Shown one piece after another: positions 12,761 to 53,884 of a stretch of 64,000 bases of DNA. Origin of the DNA: Tubiluchus corallicola. Lineage: Eukaryota > Animalia > Priapulida. Position 1 is the stretch's first letter. Each line of letters starts with the position of its first letter. The notes under the pieces were generated by a model that did not search any database, was not told where the DNA came from, and saw nothing but the letters and a program-made list of their open reading frames with translations. The DNA lies in NCBI GenBank assembly GCA_030141605.1, contig JAQGDQ010000534.1:62001-126000 (forward strand). Reading direction: 5' to 3'. A program made the translations under genes and the position numbers.

Positions 12761-14305
12761 GAATTGCCAACAAGAATAGAATTACAACTTATGTGATCAT
12801 TTTTGTCAAGAATTTTGCTAACAGCATATATATCAATTGAGCTATTTTGGTCATCAAACCCAACTGCATGGCCAATCATAGCTACACAAGCTGATCTGTC
12901 AAGCGTGTGGTTTTTGATGAAATATCCCACTGTAAAATCTTTGCACTGTTGTACTTTAACTAAAACATCAAACCCAATTGCATGGCCAGTCTTAGCTCCA
13001 CAAGCTGAACTATGAAACGTGTGGTTTTTGATGAAATATTCCACTGTAAAATCTTTGTGCTGTTGAACCACAACTAAAATATCAAATTCATCTGCATTGC
13101 CAATCTTAACTCCACAAGCTGAACTGCCAACAAGAATAGGCTTACGTCTTATGTGATCATTTTTGTCAAGAATTTTGCTAACAGCATATAACAATTGAGC
13201 TATTTTGGTTCTAATGTCCTCAAATTCATCAACGTTTGAAACTGCTCCTAATCCTGGCATGAAAACCAAGTCATCCTTTGCAACACAAAACTTTGCATGT
13301 TGCTCTTGCCCCATTTGAAAGTACCAATAAGTAACTAGTGAACTTGCAATTTGTTTGTAATCTTGTTTCAATGCTTTTCCATCGGGTCGCCGGACGTACT
13401 TATCATAAACCGTTTCATGAGTATCATTTAACATTTCGCTCTGAACGCCTGCATCAATAAGGTATTTAACAATGTTTACACTTTCAGCTGACATGTGAGC
13501 ATTGTGACAAGCCAGATGAGTTAAACTATTTCCTCCAGCATTAACTTTGTTCACTATCTGCGTCACTACTTTGTCTGTATACCTCTCTAGCATATTTTCA
13601 TATAATAGTTTAAGAACATCTTGTCTACCTTGTATACATATGATGGAAATTGGTGTATAACCTTTACAGTTTTTTGCCAGAATGGCCGAGCCTGCAAAAA
13701 TCAAAATAGCTGCTAGATGAATACGTCCTTCCCACGCTGCCCAAAACAGCGTCGTATTGCCATCTTTGTCTGCGTGAAAAACATTTGCAGCTTTCTGAAG
13801 CAGAAAAACAATTGTTCCAAAATGCCGTTGCCTTGCTGTAGCGTGTAGAAGCGGATATCCGGCAACTGAAACGTAAGGGTCATCAATTTTAGCACCATGT
13901 TTAATTAACTCTTTCACTAGTTCAATGTGACCATCAACTGCTGGATACTGTATAAGTCGTACTTTGAACTTTCCCGGAATTCCATCAACTTCTGCACCAT
14001 GAACCAACAGCATTTCACAAAATTCGGTATTACCCTTTTTAGCTGTTATTGTTAAGGCCGACCATCCATTGTTTCTAATAAGACAGTTTGCTTCAACGCC
14101 CCGTACAGTGAGTTTCTGAAATAGAGAAGCATATCCCAAAAAACACGCTGTTTCTAGCGGAGTTGTTTCTTCGTAATTTTTGTGCAACGTCATCTGAATC
14201 TGATGTATTTCTAGTCATTGGTGAAACGCTTTCTATTTTTGCCCCACTGTTGAGTAATTCGTCCAAAAGCTCAGGCATGTTAAATCGCGTTGTAGCTTGT
14301 ATCAT
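12745..14305 (-). pseudogene. Ankyrin-repeat protein fused to a truncated Mab-21/cGAS-like (cGLR) NTase domain; frameshifted 5' end
   Basis: The 482-aa ORF 12745-14193 has ankyrin motifs (TPLETACFLG, GWSALTITAKKGN, GHIELVKELIKHGAKID, GNTTLFWAAWEG, GNSLTHLACHN), then GSSACGVKIGNADEFDILVV. The upstream ORF 14093-14305 (LLDELLNSGAKIE) is ankyrin-like in another frame. After EFD the NTase is replaced by 38-aa repeats. Confidence 0.8.
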
Positions 14306-16074
14306 CTTGTTCAGCCATTTTGTCCCACTTGTATCGAAATAATATTTTATGTTTTAATCACAGTCTTTTCACAGTTTCGTTGTGCACACGGCCAGTTGCT
14401 ATAGGTCAAAGGTTAAGCATACCACAGCAGTGCAGTGTAATATCTACAGTTATGCAGATAGGTAGCCACTAGTAGCCAGTTAATAACGTCTCGGCTTCTG
14501 ACTAGTGGCTGGTAAACTGATCAGTAATTAACTCCTGCATTTCTTCCATAGTAACAATCAAAAACACTTTGCGCTGCAATCTGTTAGTCAGGTAACATGG
14601 AAAAAGCCAGAGTACTTGATTTGTATAGTACACACGACCTTTGGTCAAAATATCACACAAACAGCGTTATCTTAGGCCTCGGTTTATTTTCAAGCACGTG
14701 AACTTGTACTACAAATTAGAGTTTTGGTGAGTGATAATTCACAGTCGTGATCGTAGATATTTGTATATGTTACTGATCTTGGGACTGACCGTGTCACAGT
14801 CAAGTGGTGACAAGCAAATAAACAACGTAAACAAGAGCCGATTTCACTGAGTCAATGAACCAGGAACGCATAGCACAATTCATAATTTCTGCTACCTGTT
14901 TAATACCATTTCAACGTGGAAATCTGACGCAGTTTTTTTTTTAAATTTGTTTGTTTATATATTTACGCATTGGTGGCCATTACTGATTTTCAACAGTTGG
15001 TAATGCAGCACGAACTGTCACTGTGCAGATGTTCTAAAAATAGAAACATACTAAGGAGCAATAGTAAGTACTGTACGTGAAAAGGTCATATGTAACTATC
15101 AGTTCTAATAGTATTTAATTGTTCCAGTTCTCAGTTAGCCATTGTTCTTATGTGACAATATTTCGTTACTTGCTACAAATAAAATAATATTGAAGTAGCA
15201 TTTCTAAAAGCTGCTCATTAATCGATTCACCATCTATGTATTCTATGAACTCTTATTTTAGGACATAACATGCAACTCTATTGTATTAATAAAATTAGCA
15301 ATCATTACCAAAATTATATGATCCAGAAAACAATAAGAGAAACATCTTTGTATATTAATGAATACCAAGCAGTATTATGCACTTTGTTAAAATTAATGAT
15401 GTACTTTATGCACTAGAAAGGAAAGATTCTTTTTTCTGCAGAGAAGCACTGCTATGTATAGTGAATCATATATGCATTAACTTGCCATAGGTACTTATCA
15501 ATCAATCAATCAATTTATTTCACTCCAGCAATACATATACAATACATCAACATACAATATTATTGAAGCAAAAAGAAACAGTATAGGTAAAAAAACGTTG
15601 GTGAAGTCAAATTAACCAAATAAAAGAGTTGCTGTATGACACCTTGAAAGCTTGGCTTGTCAACTGTCAAGGTGGCACAAATGAGTGAATGAAAGAATGG
15701 TTAGGGTTGGTAGACATGATGGAATGGAAAAAATAGTAAGATTAGGGATAGGAAGAAGGAAAAGAGGAGAAGAAGGTGGTACTTAGGTACTACTAATAAG
15801 CTTACTTTGCATTCTTATATTTACTGTGTAACATGTTTTGTTGTTTTATGTGTTTTTGTTTGTTAATCTGTTTGTTTATATACTACTAACTAACTGAACT
15901 GCACGTACATGTCTGTTGCAAGTATGTATGTTCAAATAAATGACAATAATAATGATAATAATAATAATTAGTATTCATTACATTCTAAAATGCACCAATT
16001 TCAACTTTAAATTTAAATTTATTTTGTCTTTTATAGTCTTATAATAGCATCAGCTGCAAGTTAAAGTACTGTAA

Positions 16075-16250
16075 TGTACCACCGGTCAAAGGACCGCTGG
16101 TCAAAAGCACACCAAACAAAGGACCACCGGTCAAAGGCACACCAAGCAAAGACAACTGGTCAAAGGATCACAGGTCAAAGAACCACCAGTCAAAGAACCA
16201 CAGGTCAAATTTACACCAAACAGAGGACCAATGGCCCAAAGGACCACCAA
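16075..16250. repeat. Degenerate ~15-20 bp tandem repeat (ggaccaccggtcaaa-like)
   Basis: Repeated ggtcaaag/accacc motifs; these explain the spurious 75-aa ORF. Confidence 0.6.
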
Positions 16251-16838
16251 ATGAAAATTAGCAGACTATGCAGATGGGAAGTGAAAAACCATTCCAGATA
16301 AATTTTGCTTTGCATTGAAATAATCATAATTATTTGTACAGTTAAAACAGTAAGAGTCTATATCATTAATTTTTCAGTTCCTTCTACTCACTAAGCCAAA
16401 CACTGTATTGACTAACCTGACAGGTGCGATCAATTTAAAAAAGTGTAACTTTGAAAATATTTAAAACATTTTTAAAATTCAAATTCTTAAAAACTTCTAA
16501 AATCTCTAAAAAGTTTAAAGTTTAACTTTACATATGTTTACTTTTATTTCTACTACTTTTTAATATACGAAATATATTTTAAATAAAAATAAAATGAAAA
16601 AATATAAGATGTTTACCAATCATTATTATTATCAACAAAAATTATCAGTCACACTTTATTAAATAAAATATTAAAAGTAAGTAAAAGTTGCAATTTCGCT
16701 CCAGTAGATGTCAGTTTCGAAGAACTATCCTTATAAATCTCACAATTTACAAAAAGCTACAACTCAGTTTACCAAAGATACTACAGCATGCTTCATCCTT
16801 TCAATGGTAAAGAACTGCCTGTGTAATAAACGACCAAT

Positions 16839-17300
16839 AAGCCTTTTCACAGTTCCAGCGATTGATGATGATCGTGAAAAGGTCAAAGGTTAAGTGTACC
16901 AGAGAACGCATTTGTGTACACTTGACAACGCCTCGCAGCCCATGCTCTTGTAATAGTAAAAGTCTTAACAGCTAGCACTTTACCTAGTTCATTTTTTGTC
17001 GTTCCCAAGCAAGATCCTGCTTGTAAATCACTCTACACACAGACTAATGCATAATTAAGTAAAGTCCACATAAAACAGCTGAACTTAATGAACTGATGAG
17101 CCAGATGGCTTTGCTTTAACTAATGCATAATTAAGTAAAGCCCATGTAAAACAACTGAAGTTACTGAACCAATGTGGCAGACGGCTTTGCTTTACCCACA
17201 CATCACGTGACGGTTATAGTTAAGACGGGTTACTGTGGTACACTAAATCTTTAACCTACAGCAACTGTGCATGCATACAAAGAAACTGCAAAAAGACTTA
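16839..17300. mobile_element. PIF/Harbinger-like MITE family (~390 bp), copy with an internal duplication
   Basis: Family TIR aagccttttcacagtt...aactgtgaaaaggctt in TAA/TTA context; shares internal sequence with copies at 20669, 24443, 27247, 40898 and 62300. Confidence 0.75.
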
Positions 17301-19505
17301 TTTGCATGAAACCTCTAGGCTGTATCATTTGTGCTGTTAAAACAGTTCAACTGTTAGCGAGAGCCATTAGCAAGAATTCAAATAATAAAAAGGAAGCAAC
17401 AATAGCTAAATATGTAGAAACAAGTTTATTAAAATGAAGAATTTAACACATATCTACAAGGTAAACACTACAATACACAAATCCTAAGCAAACGTGACAA
17501 GACAGTTGCTGTAATCTTCACTAGTCTTCAAAAAAGAAAGATTTCACAGTTTACATGTACAGTAAACTCTACGTATGTAGAAAATTGCAATCATTTTATT
17601 GTAAAACGTAGACAATGTTCACTTCAGTAACAAAATTGAACAAACAGTCATAAAGTTAGCAATATGATACTGTAGAAATTTTGTATTCTTCAACATTACT
17701 TTAACAGTAGAAAATTTGCCTCCTTTAACATTGCTGTCTCTAAATCAACTGAAACTTGCATGCCTGAGAGAATAAAGCTGTAATCACATGACCAGAGATT
17801 CAAGTTCCTATTGGAAGGTACAACATATTCATGCATACAGACCATAAATGGACAGGTCACCTATACTCTACAAATTACTAGTTAAACCAAAATCAAAGTC
17901 TACTTGGCTTCATTGATAGCAGAATAAAGATTATTGGTTTACAGAAAGCTGTGTTATAATTTTTCTCTATTTAAACTTGAATAAAAGAGTTAGAACCGGA
18001 ATTAAAGCACGAAATTAACAACCTAATTACTCTGATTAATGAATATCTATAAAAGCAAAAGGAAACAATATTTAGAAACAAAAATCAATATCTGACAAAC
18101 ATTGTACAATTAGAATAAAACAACGACTGTAGATGGCAGCATAGACTAATTCAGTACCTTTAGTGTAGTAGACTGACAATTAAATGGATCACATAATACT
18201 ACAATTGCGTACTCGGTGCAATAAGCGACAGCATAACTCAAATTTTCACCTAACTCAAAAATTTCAGCGAAATGGATGAAATCCTTTGCTTTTCCCACAA
18301 AAAAAACATTTAACTCAAAGCTTCGCCTAACTCAAATAAAAAAAATTATCCATTTTATCAAAATACATGTAATTTACTTCGCCCAACTCAAAAATGCAAT
18401 TTATACTCTAGAAAAATAAAAGTTTCGTACGGCTCAAAAACAGTATCGTCTTCCAGGAAAATTCTGATGTCTTACAAGTTGCCCCCTCCCCGATTATTTT
18501 CTCTGGAATTGGTCCTTCCGTGTTGTGTACGTGTCCTTTTGTAACATATAAAAAATCGTGTTTCACTACATAATTTGTTATTCTTTATGTAATTATCATC
18601 AAATCTCGTCGTTTATGCATAGAAGGGTTGACTTTCTGCCTTCTATTTAGCTCGCCATCTGGAGGAGGGGTTTAGAGTTTCTATGCTGGAAAATGGCCAA
18701 CATCGCCCAACTCAGTCCGGTTAGATTTGAGTTATGTGGAGTTTAGTGTATTACTGCTAACCATCAGCTTGCTTTTCTTCTTAACTCCAGAAGAGACATC
18801 AGCCTTTTGAAGTTACTGCTCCACCTATTGGTGATGATTTCACACAATCACCTAGCTACTGATAAGTCCTGGACAAGCTTATGAATTTACGTGAAAGTGA
18901 TTATATGTCTGCGATTTCATTTGATAATTCTTAGGTTTTAAGAGCACTTAATGCTAATTAGAAAGTTAACGGGCATTGTAAATCGTGAATTCACACACAG
19001 AGGGCAGCAGCTATCTCTGATGAGCCTATGGGGCGAAAAAACTCAGTACACGTATAGGACGTAAAATTTTGAATCGTTTAATATTTTACTCTATGTTTAA
19101 AATAGTTATTACGTGTTTTTAGGTATTACGTTGTAAATATAGGCAAAACTATATTTACAACTAGTGGTGATCTATCGCATGGATATGGCCTACTTTGTCA
19201 TCTAGACACACACAAACTCATCATCGCATGAATATGGCCTACCTTGTCATCTAGACACACACAAACTCATCATAATTAGTATGATTAGTTACAAGAAGTG
19301 TTAATTGGCTAATTACTTCGTTTTCATAAAACACCATGACAAACGCGCGCTTTTGTCGTAAAAGCGAGCTGCTAGTTGACAAAAGTAAAACAATGCCACA
19401 TGCTGACTTGCCGCATGCTCCGGATTGTCTAAGCAAGTCAGGTTTTCCACACTTTACAAAATTTTAAACTAATTTTAAACAGTACTACCATCTTACAATT
19501 TAACA

Positions 19506-46399
<26,894 letters not shown>

Positions 46400-46639
46400 C
46401 TAGAGAAAATGTTTCAATGAACAGAAATGTTATTTTACTTGTGAAATATGCATAGCTCAATTCAGTAAGCAAGTTTAACTAAAGGTGAAAGATAATATCA
46501 GCATGAAAAATGAAGGACATGACTCGTCTATAAAGTTTATACATTAAGATTCTAAGATTTCACAACTCTTGTTGACTTATGAAACTCATAGCTTACAAAA
46601 TTTTTAAAATATGAGCATAAATAAATAATATATTAATGT

Positions 46640-48360
46640 GAAATATTATAAATATTAATAATATCAATAACAATACAATAACAATAAAAACCAATACAAA
46701 CAAATCACACACAAACTTAGATAAACATGAAAATTACAATAATAGTCTCCACCATTGCTGTCTTATGTGCGATGTAAATTTAGCATCGCTTATTAAAATT
46801 TTCTGGCACATTAAATTATCACTAGTATCAAATCTTTTCATTAAACTTAACACAGATTTTCTACGTAATACATCAAAATACATCACGTGAATTTCAACAC
46901 TCATCTCACGAGCACTGTAAAAATATGCATATCCAAAAAAATAATCTTTTTGATACATTGTGTGCAATTTTGAGTTTTAAGATATTACAATTATTAAAAT
47001 GTCCCCAGGTAGACATGCAATAGAATGTATTACAGTAAGCACTAAATAGATATATTTTAACATCAACAGAACAATAGCTGAATTTCTAATAAGTTGGTTT
47101 GTACGACAGTAGCATAAGGATCTTTGATTAACAATGTCAAGGTCATCTCGGTTATCATTTGAAATAATATGGCTCAAATAATTTTCATTATCACAGGTAC
47201 GTAAAACATTATTATCTAGTATGATGTTACCAAACATAAAATTTCTCAAAATATTTGAATTAACAGACATAAGTTTAGTTTTAGGTACATTGATTTTTAT
47301 GTCATACTGTTCAGCATACAATTTACACACATCTAGTAGTTGCTGTAGGGCTGTAATCGTTGTTGCTAACTAACAAACATCGTCAGCATACATCAGGTGG
47401 TTCATAACCATGTTTGAGACATTGCAACCAAGTTTGGTGGATAAAAGCTTAACACTTAGATCTTTAAAATAAAAATTAAAAAGAGAAGGTGACCGACATC
47501 TTGCCACCTTGGCGTACTCCATTTCCAATATTAGAAGTTGTAGACTGACTATGTCCCCACCTGACAGACATGCCTTGTTGCATGTAATAAATGTGAGCAA
47601 GCGGATTACAATATTCGGAATTGAAGTCTTTGTGAGTTTGAGAAAAAGTTTGAAGAAATTAACCCTATCAAATACCTTTGACAAGTCAATAAAAACAATG
47701 TGAACAGAGCTATCATGACTAACGTAGTAGTCAATGATCTCCTTTAATGTGTTTATGCAAATTTCGGTGCCAAGTTTTTCTGTAAAACAAAACTGATTAG
47801 GAGTTGTTGGAATATACTGTTTGTATCTGTTAAGTAATAAAATTTCGAATATTTTGCTGGCAACAGAAGCTAGTACAATTGGCCTATAGTTATTTGCATC
47901 CGTAATATCTTTATATTTATCCTTTACTAGAGGAATTAATATAGACATCATTAGCGATTCAGGAAGAAAGCCGTGAATCAAACACGAGCTAAATAACAAG
48001 GATAAATAAACCGGTAACATTGAGGAAGAATACTTAAAAAGTTCGACCTGTATACCATCAGGACCTGCAGATTTATGCAAGGTTAGTGTGCCGATTGCAT
48101 CTTGCACCTCTCTAACAGTAAACTTGGGTATAATATGCATATCTTCTGCAAGGGCCCGGTGCAGCTGCGCCTCCAGATTCCATTTATCAACCCAATTAAA
48201 AAGAACACGATGTGCTCCGCCCACATATTACAAATGTTGTTTTCTCCTGTTATATTATTAATGTTAGAGGGAAGAGGAAGTTTAGAATTAGTTTCTTTCT
48301 TTATTGTTTTCTAAAACTGGTAGGAGTTGCAATGCATAAAGACGGTAGGCAATTTTGTCT
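46640..48360 (-). mobile_element. Degenerate non-LTR retrotransposon (RTE-X/L2-like) RT fragment
   Basis: KSAGPDGI, NYRPIVL, FIDLSKVFDRV and YADD RT motifs with frameshifts; 5' end truncated at the (AG)n tract. Confidence 0.9.
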
Positions 48361-48361
48361 G

Positions 48362-48369
48362 AAGAGAGA

Positions 48370-48417
<48 letters not shown>

Positions 48418-48858
48418 GAGACAGAGAGAGAGACAGAGAGAGAGACACAGAGAGAGACAGAGAGAGAGACACAGAGAGAGACAGAGAGAGAGACACAGAG
48501 AGAGACAGAGAGAGAGACACAGAGAGAGAGAGAGAGAGAGAGACACAGAGAGAGAGAGAGAGAGAGACACAGAGAGAGACAGAGAGAGAGACACAGAGAG
48601 AGACAGAGAGAGAGACACAGAGAGAGACACAGAGAGAGACAGAGAGAGAGACACAGAGAGAGACAGAGAGAGAGACACAGAGAGAGACAGAGAGAGAGAC
48701 ACAGAGAGAGACAGAGAGAGAGACACAGAGAGAGACAGAGAGAGAGACACAGAGAGAGACAGAGAGAGAGACACAGAGAGAGACAGAGATAATTATAATA
48801 ATAAGAGAGAGAGAGAGAGAAAGCAAGAGAGAGAGAGAGAAAAAGAGAGAGAGAAAGA

Positions 48859-48906
<48 letters not shown>

Positions 48907-48957
48907 AGTAAGAGAGGGAGAGGGGGGAGAGAGCAAGACAGAGAGAGTGAGAGAGAT
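48362..48957. repeat. (AG)n/(AGAC) compound microsatellite
   Basis: Seen directly in the sequence. Confidence 0.97.
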
Positions 48958-48959
48958 AA

Positions 48960-51900
48960 TTATAATAATAATAAATCTTTATTAAAGAAGTGAATATATA
49001 TACACGAAGGTGCCTCTTTTTGCAGGCTCATATCAACAAATTACATTTTCACATAACAAATCTTTTAAATCCAGTTTCACACTATGTACAACGAATAACA
49101 TTTTATACTTAAATTAGATATAATTTCAAACGAATCACAAGTATTATACAAACAAATTAACTTTACACAACTACATAATTTATTTTTGTATACTCGAGCG
49201 GGCCTAAATTAACAATTACTTAGTATAAAATTATCTCTGATCAGGTTAGTGAAAGCCATTATTAAATTTTTATCAGATTGAAGCAGAATATTACTTGTAT
49301 AATTGGCATCAGCTATTTCTATGAAACGCATTCTTTTTGCATTATCTACTTTATTGCATCTGAATAAAATGTGCTGAGGAGCTCTTCTCCTCCACATGGA
49401 CATAAACTAGTATCACTCATATTAAGTCTATACAAAAAGCTGTTAAAATTCCCCTGGCCAGTTAAAAAAGACATGGCAATGGATTCTATTTTCCTTTCAT
49501 TATTTCCAAGCCGCAAATTCAAGGGTTTACATTTTATATTCTGCATTCCAACATTTTCTCCTCCAAATTGCATAACATGCCTATATTTAGTTGACCAGGT
49601 ACAAGAAACATAATTCATAATTTGACGTTTAGTATACTTTAACATATTTTCCGCAACTTCTTCAAGATCTGTAGTACGGAAGTTTTCATTCCAGACAAAT
49701 TTTAAAAAGTGTCTCACAGTCTGCGAATGTGTACACAAAATATTTTTATAAATATGTTTTCCTGTCAGACGTGCACTACCATACCGCAGAATCTTTTGTT
49801 TAACTAAATCATCAGCGCTCTGACATAACGTCTCGAGACAAGATTTAACCACAATTACATTTAATTCAATGTCTAAAGGTGGAAAACCACAAAGTATTTC
49901 CTATTTAGTTCGTTCTGGTTTAAAAGCCAACCCCGCAGCGACTTTCATTATATCATAGATTATGTCTTCAAATACAGAAAGTTTTTTACTTAACCATACA
50001 ATAGCACCATACAGTATAATCGGCAAAATAGTAGTTTTATAAATATTTACAATGGTAGCAAGTCGCAAACCTGCATATTTACTGCAATTGTTTTTTACTT
50101 TCAACCATCTATACCATACCTTTTTATGAACATTGCCCGCGTGTTTAACAAATGTTAATTTCCGATCAACAGTTAGGCCTAATATTTTGCTGTCTTCAAC
50201 AAACAATATTTCATTGTTACTAATTTTTAAATTGCCTGGCTTGTTATTTTCATCCCATGTCCCTACTAGCAATGCTTCTGTCTTACCAGGTAACGTATTT
50301 ATCTTTAAACGCCATTTCTGGCAGCATTTGTGAAGCACATCACAACAGCTTTGTGCAATTGTAACACAGGTTTGCGGGTCTGTATTTGACACATGCAAAG
50401 ATCCATCATCAACATACTTGTACTTTTTAACTGAGTCATGCATGTTATAAAACATATCGACAATGAAAAATATAAACAGTATTGGGGCTATAACTGACCC
50501 CTGTGGAAGTCCTAAATTGCATCGATATTGATTGGACATATAGTCATAAAGGTAAAGTCATTTACCTTTATGCAAATATTGCGATTTTGTAATATATATG
50601 CTATAAGGCGTAGCATAGACCCTCGTACATTTGCACAAATAAGTTTAAATAATAAACCTTCAACTCAAACAATGTCGAAAGCTTTTTCGTAATCACAGCA
50701 AATTGTTATACCGTATGCATTATTCAAAATGTCGTCTTCCATATCAGTAACTAATCTGGTTAAATAACGTACTGTATTTTTGCCGTTTATGAAGCCTTCT
50801 TGCTCTGTATCAATGCAGTTTAACTGAAAGAAATGATTTTTAAGTCTATTTGATATTAAACGCTCAACAAGTTTACCTACATACGAAGAAATGGTGATTG
50901 GACGATAATTACTGGCATTTGAATAATCGATTTTGTTAGATTTTTTTAGTGGAATTACTTTCGTGCACGTCCAAGGCCATACTTGATTCTCTAAGCACAT
51001 ATTTGCAATACGTAATGCAATATTTTTTGCGACTGGCCCAAAATGTTTTATCATTTTTGGGTGAAACCCATCGGAGTCAAGCGACTTGCCTTCAGTTCGC
51101 ACTTCATTTTCTAATTCTTGTAAATTAAACCAGTTATTTACACAAAAATTTTCGTTTTGTTCCCAGTCCATAACTGATAATGAGCGTTCAATGTGACTTT
51201 TCCAGTTTTCATCAAATTCTTCCGTGTTCAAGTGTTCCCCACTAAAAAAAGTCTTATATAATAAATCAGCACTATCCGAAGCTGAGACTACAGGTGAGCC
51301 ATTACTAATTAATATATCAACACTATTATTATTATTATTGCTATTTACACCTTTAAAAATTTGTTTATATGTTTTCCAGAAGATGGCACCTTTTTCTACA
51401 TTTAGTTTTTCTGTCTTGCTCTGTAGCCATCTATTCATAGCACTACTAAGTTCACTATCAAAGTTTTCTTTGTCAGTAATATACATGAGTTTATTTTCGT
51501 AGCTTGAGTGTCTTTTGAATTCTTCCTGCTGAGTCGAACAAGTCTTGATAACCGTGATAGCTCTGCAGTCCAGAACGGTTTACTGTGAGCACAGATAACT
51601 TTACGTTTTAGAGCCAACATATAACTTTAGTTTCTCTAAACCAGTTCCACATACTAATGACGTCATTGGATAATAACAAGTTATTAAAGACTACTTCGTT
51701 TGCCATCAAGCGCTCGTCTAAGTTACGTAACCATTCTGTCCAATTGCTACCCTTAACGTCGAACACATGTTTCTTTTCTGCCAAATTTGCTTGCGACGTA
51801 TTAAAGCTGGATATCACAGGATAATGTCCCATTAAGGGGGCGCCACTAAACAACTCGACCTCACAGTCCACATATTGATTTAACACTATATTTGCCATTT

Positions 51901-53445
51901 TATCAGTTGAAATTACTAAATCGATTGTACTTGCACCAGTACTGGAGCTAAAAGTGCTCGACGATGGAGCAAAAAAAGTTACTTTGCTGTTATTTGCACA
52001 AATGAAATCTTTGAGCACTTTGCCATTTGCATTATCTGAAGTATCCCACAAAAAACAACGTGCGTTAAAGTCTCCAGTAGCTACAAGGCCCCACAAATTG
52101 TGAATTTGCACATAATTCATTGCCTCTTTCAAGTTGTTTATTACTCTGGTAAAACTTTCGTAAACAAACGATCTCATAAATGATCGTTTGGTGGGGTGTA
52201 AACAGAAGCTAAAAGAAATCTCCGTCCGTTTATATATATGAGCAGCCAAATAACGTCCGTGTTCTGACTTTCTAGCTCTTTAATTTTGCAGCTATTTATG
52301 TTGGTTTTGACAAAAACCGCTACTCCTCCATGAAAAGGTCTGCATGACTTAAAGTACTCTTTATAGTTCGTTAGTTTCGGAAATTGTTGAGCTGGGTCTA
52401 CCCGCGTCTCTTGAACTGATACGATGTCAAAGTTTTCTCTATTTACGTAATTGTCTAATGCTAAAGTTGAGCGAGGTGGCAACGAATGGATGTTAATTTG
52501 GCATACCTTGAAAAGACGATCTCGTGTTTGAGTCATTGATACATCTGTGTTCTTTTCAACTCCTTCTGGTAAATTTCACACTCTCTGCTCCTTGCCTCGT
52601 GCTTCCCCTTACAATTTGCGCAAACAGTCTCTTCTGCCGTGCATTCATTAGTTCTATGTTTCGCGCTACATTTTCCACACACAACAGAATGCTTGCAAAA
52701 CTTGGCCACGTGGTTGTATTTTTGGCAATTGAAACAACAAATGGGCTTCTGCTTGCTAGCGAACAATTCCACACTGCATAGCATCTGATCTATAGGTATA
52801 CCCTTATTAATAGCTTGGTATAGGTCTTCTTGGGATTGAAAGGTGACTTTGACTAATGGCATATTTGTCCCATTTCTTTTCTTAAATCTCTCTACCTTTA
52901 CTCCCTCATACTGATTTTGTATTTCATATTCTACATCTTGGTCTGATAAATTTGGATCGCAGTCTCTGATAAGGCCTATATGCAGTTTCTTTGGCTGTCT
53001 CACCCGTGTGTCCCCACCTAAAAATTCAGATTTCCATTCGCTAATCATTTTCTTTGCCGTGTCGCTGTCATTTAACTGGATCTGAATTTTACCTTTTGCA
53101 GTTTTGTATGCAACTTCAAATTTGGTTAACGGGAAGTATCTGCTGATATTACGTTTGATGTTTATACTTGTGTCCACTAGCTTTGGATCTTTAACATTTT
53201 CTATCAACACAGTTTTTTCCGGATCGTACAGTGTTTGGCTGCTCTTTTGGACATGACTTGCAGACTTAGCTGATGCTGCACCCGGTTGCTTAGATTGTAA
53301 CATACCACTCTTAGCTGCTGCTGAATACGACTTGGTTCCAACGTTACTTATCAACACGTCTACTTTCTGATCTAAGTGTTGGATCGTATTTGACAGAGTA
53401 TTAAGTTTGTTAAAAGTGCTGCTCTTGTTAGTATCACCCTGCAAT
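48960..53445 (-). mobile_element. Near full-length I-group (Nimb/I/Jockey-like) LINE: ORF1 zinc knuckles (52533-53444) and frameshifted ORF2 APE-RT-CCHC (52536-49209)
   Basis: ORF1 CFNCQKYNHVAKFC..CGKC..H..C..CANC..H; APE motifs QET, GDFNA, IDL; RT motifs DYEKAFD, GLPQGS, YVDD; C-terminal CPCG...HILFRC; ATGA stop/start overlap at 52533-52536. Confidence 0.93.
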
Positions 53446-53449
53446 ATGC

Positions 53450-53884
<435 letters not shown>

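Noticed and set aside
12700-13300. Long-read fold-back artefact
   Set aside because: The arms are diverged and structurally different, not exact mirror images; read-level confirmation is still advisable.
14430-15000. Immune-inducible promoter (AP-1 tgagtca, kB-like ggaaat) upstream of the ANK-cGLR gene
   Set aside because: Short motifs expected by chance; no transcription start evidence.
48212-48985. ER/SL-repeat ORFs (also at 53609 and 56703)
   Set aside because: Translations of (AG)n microsatellites.
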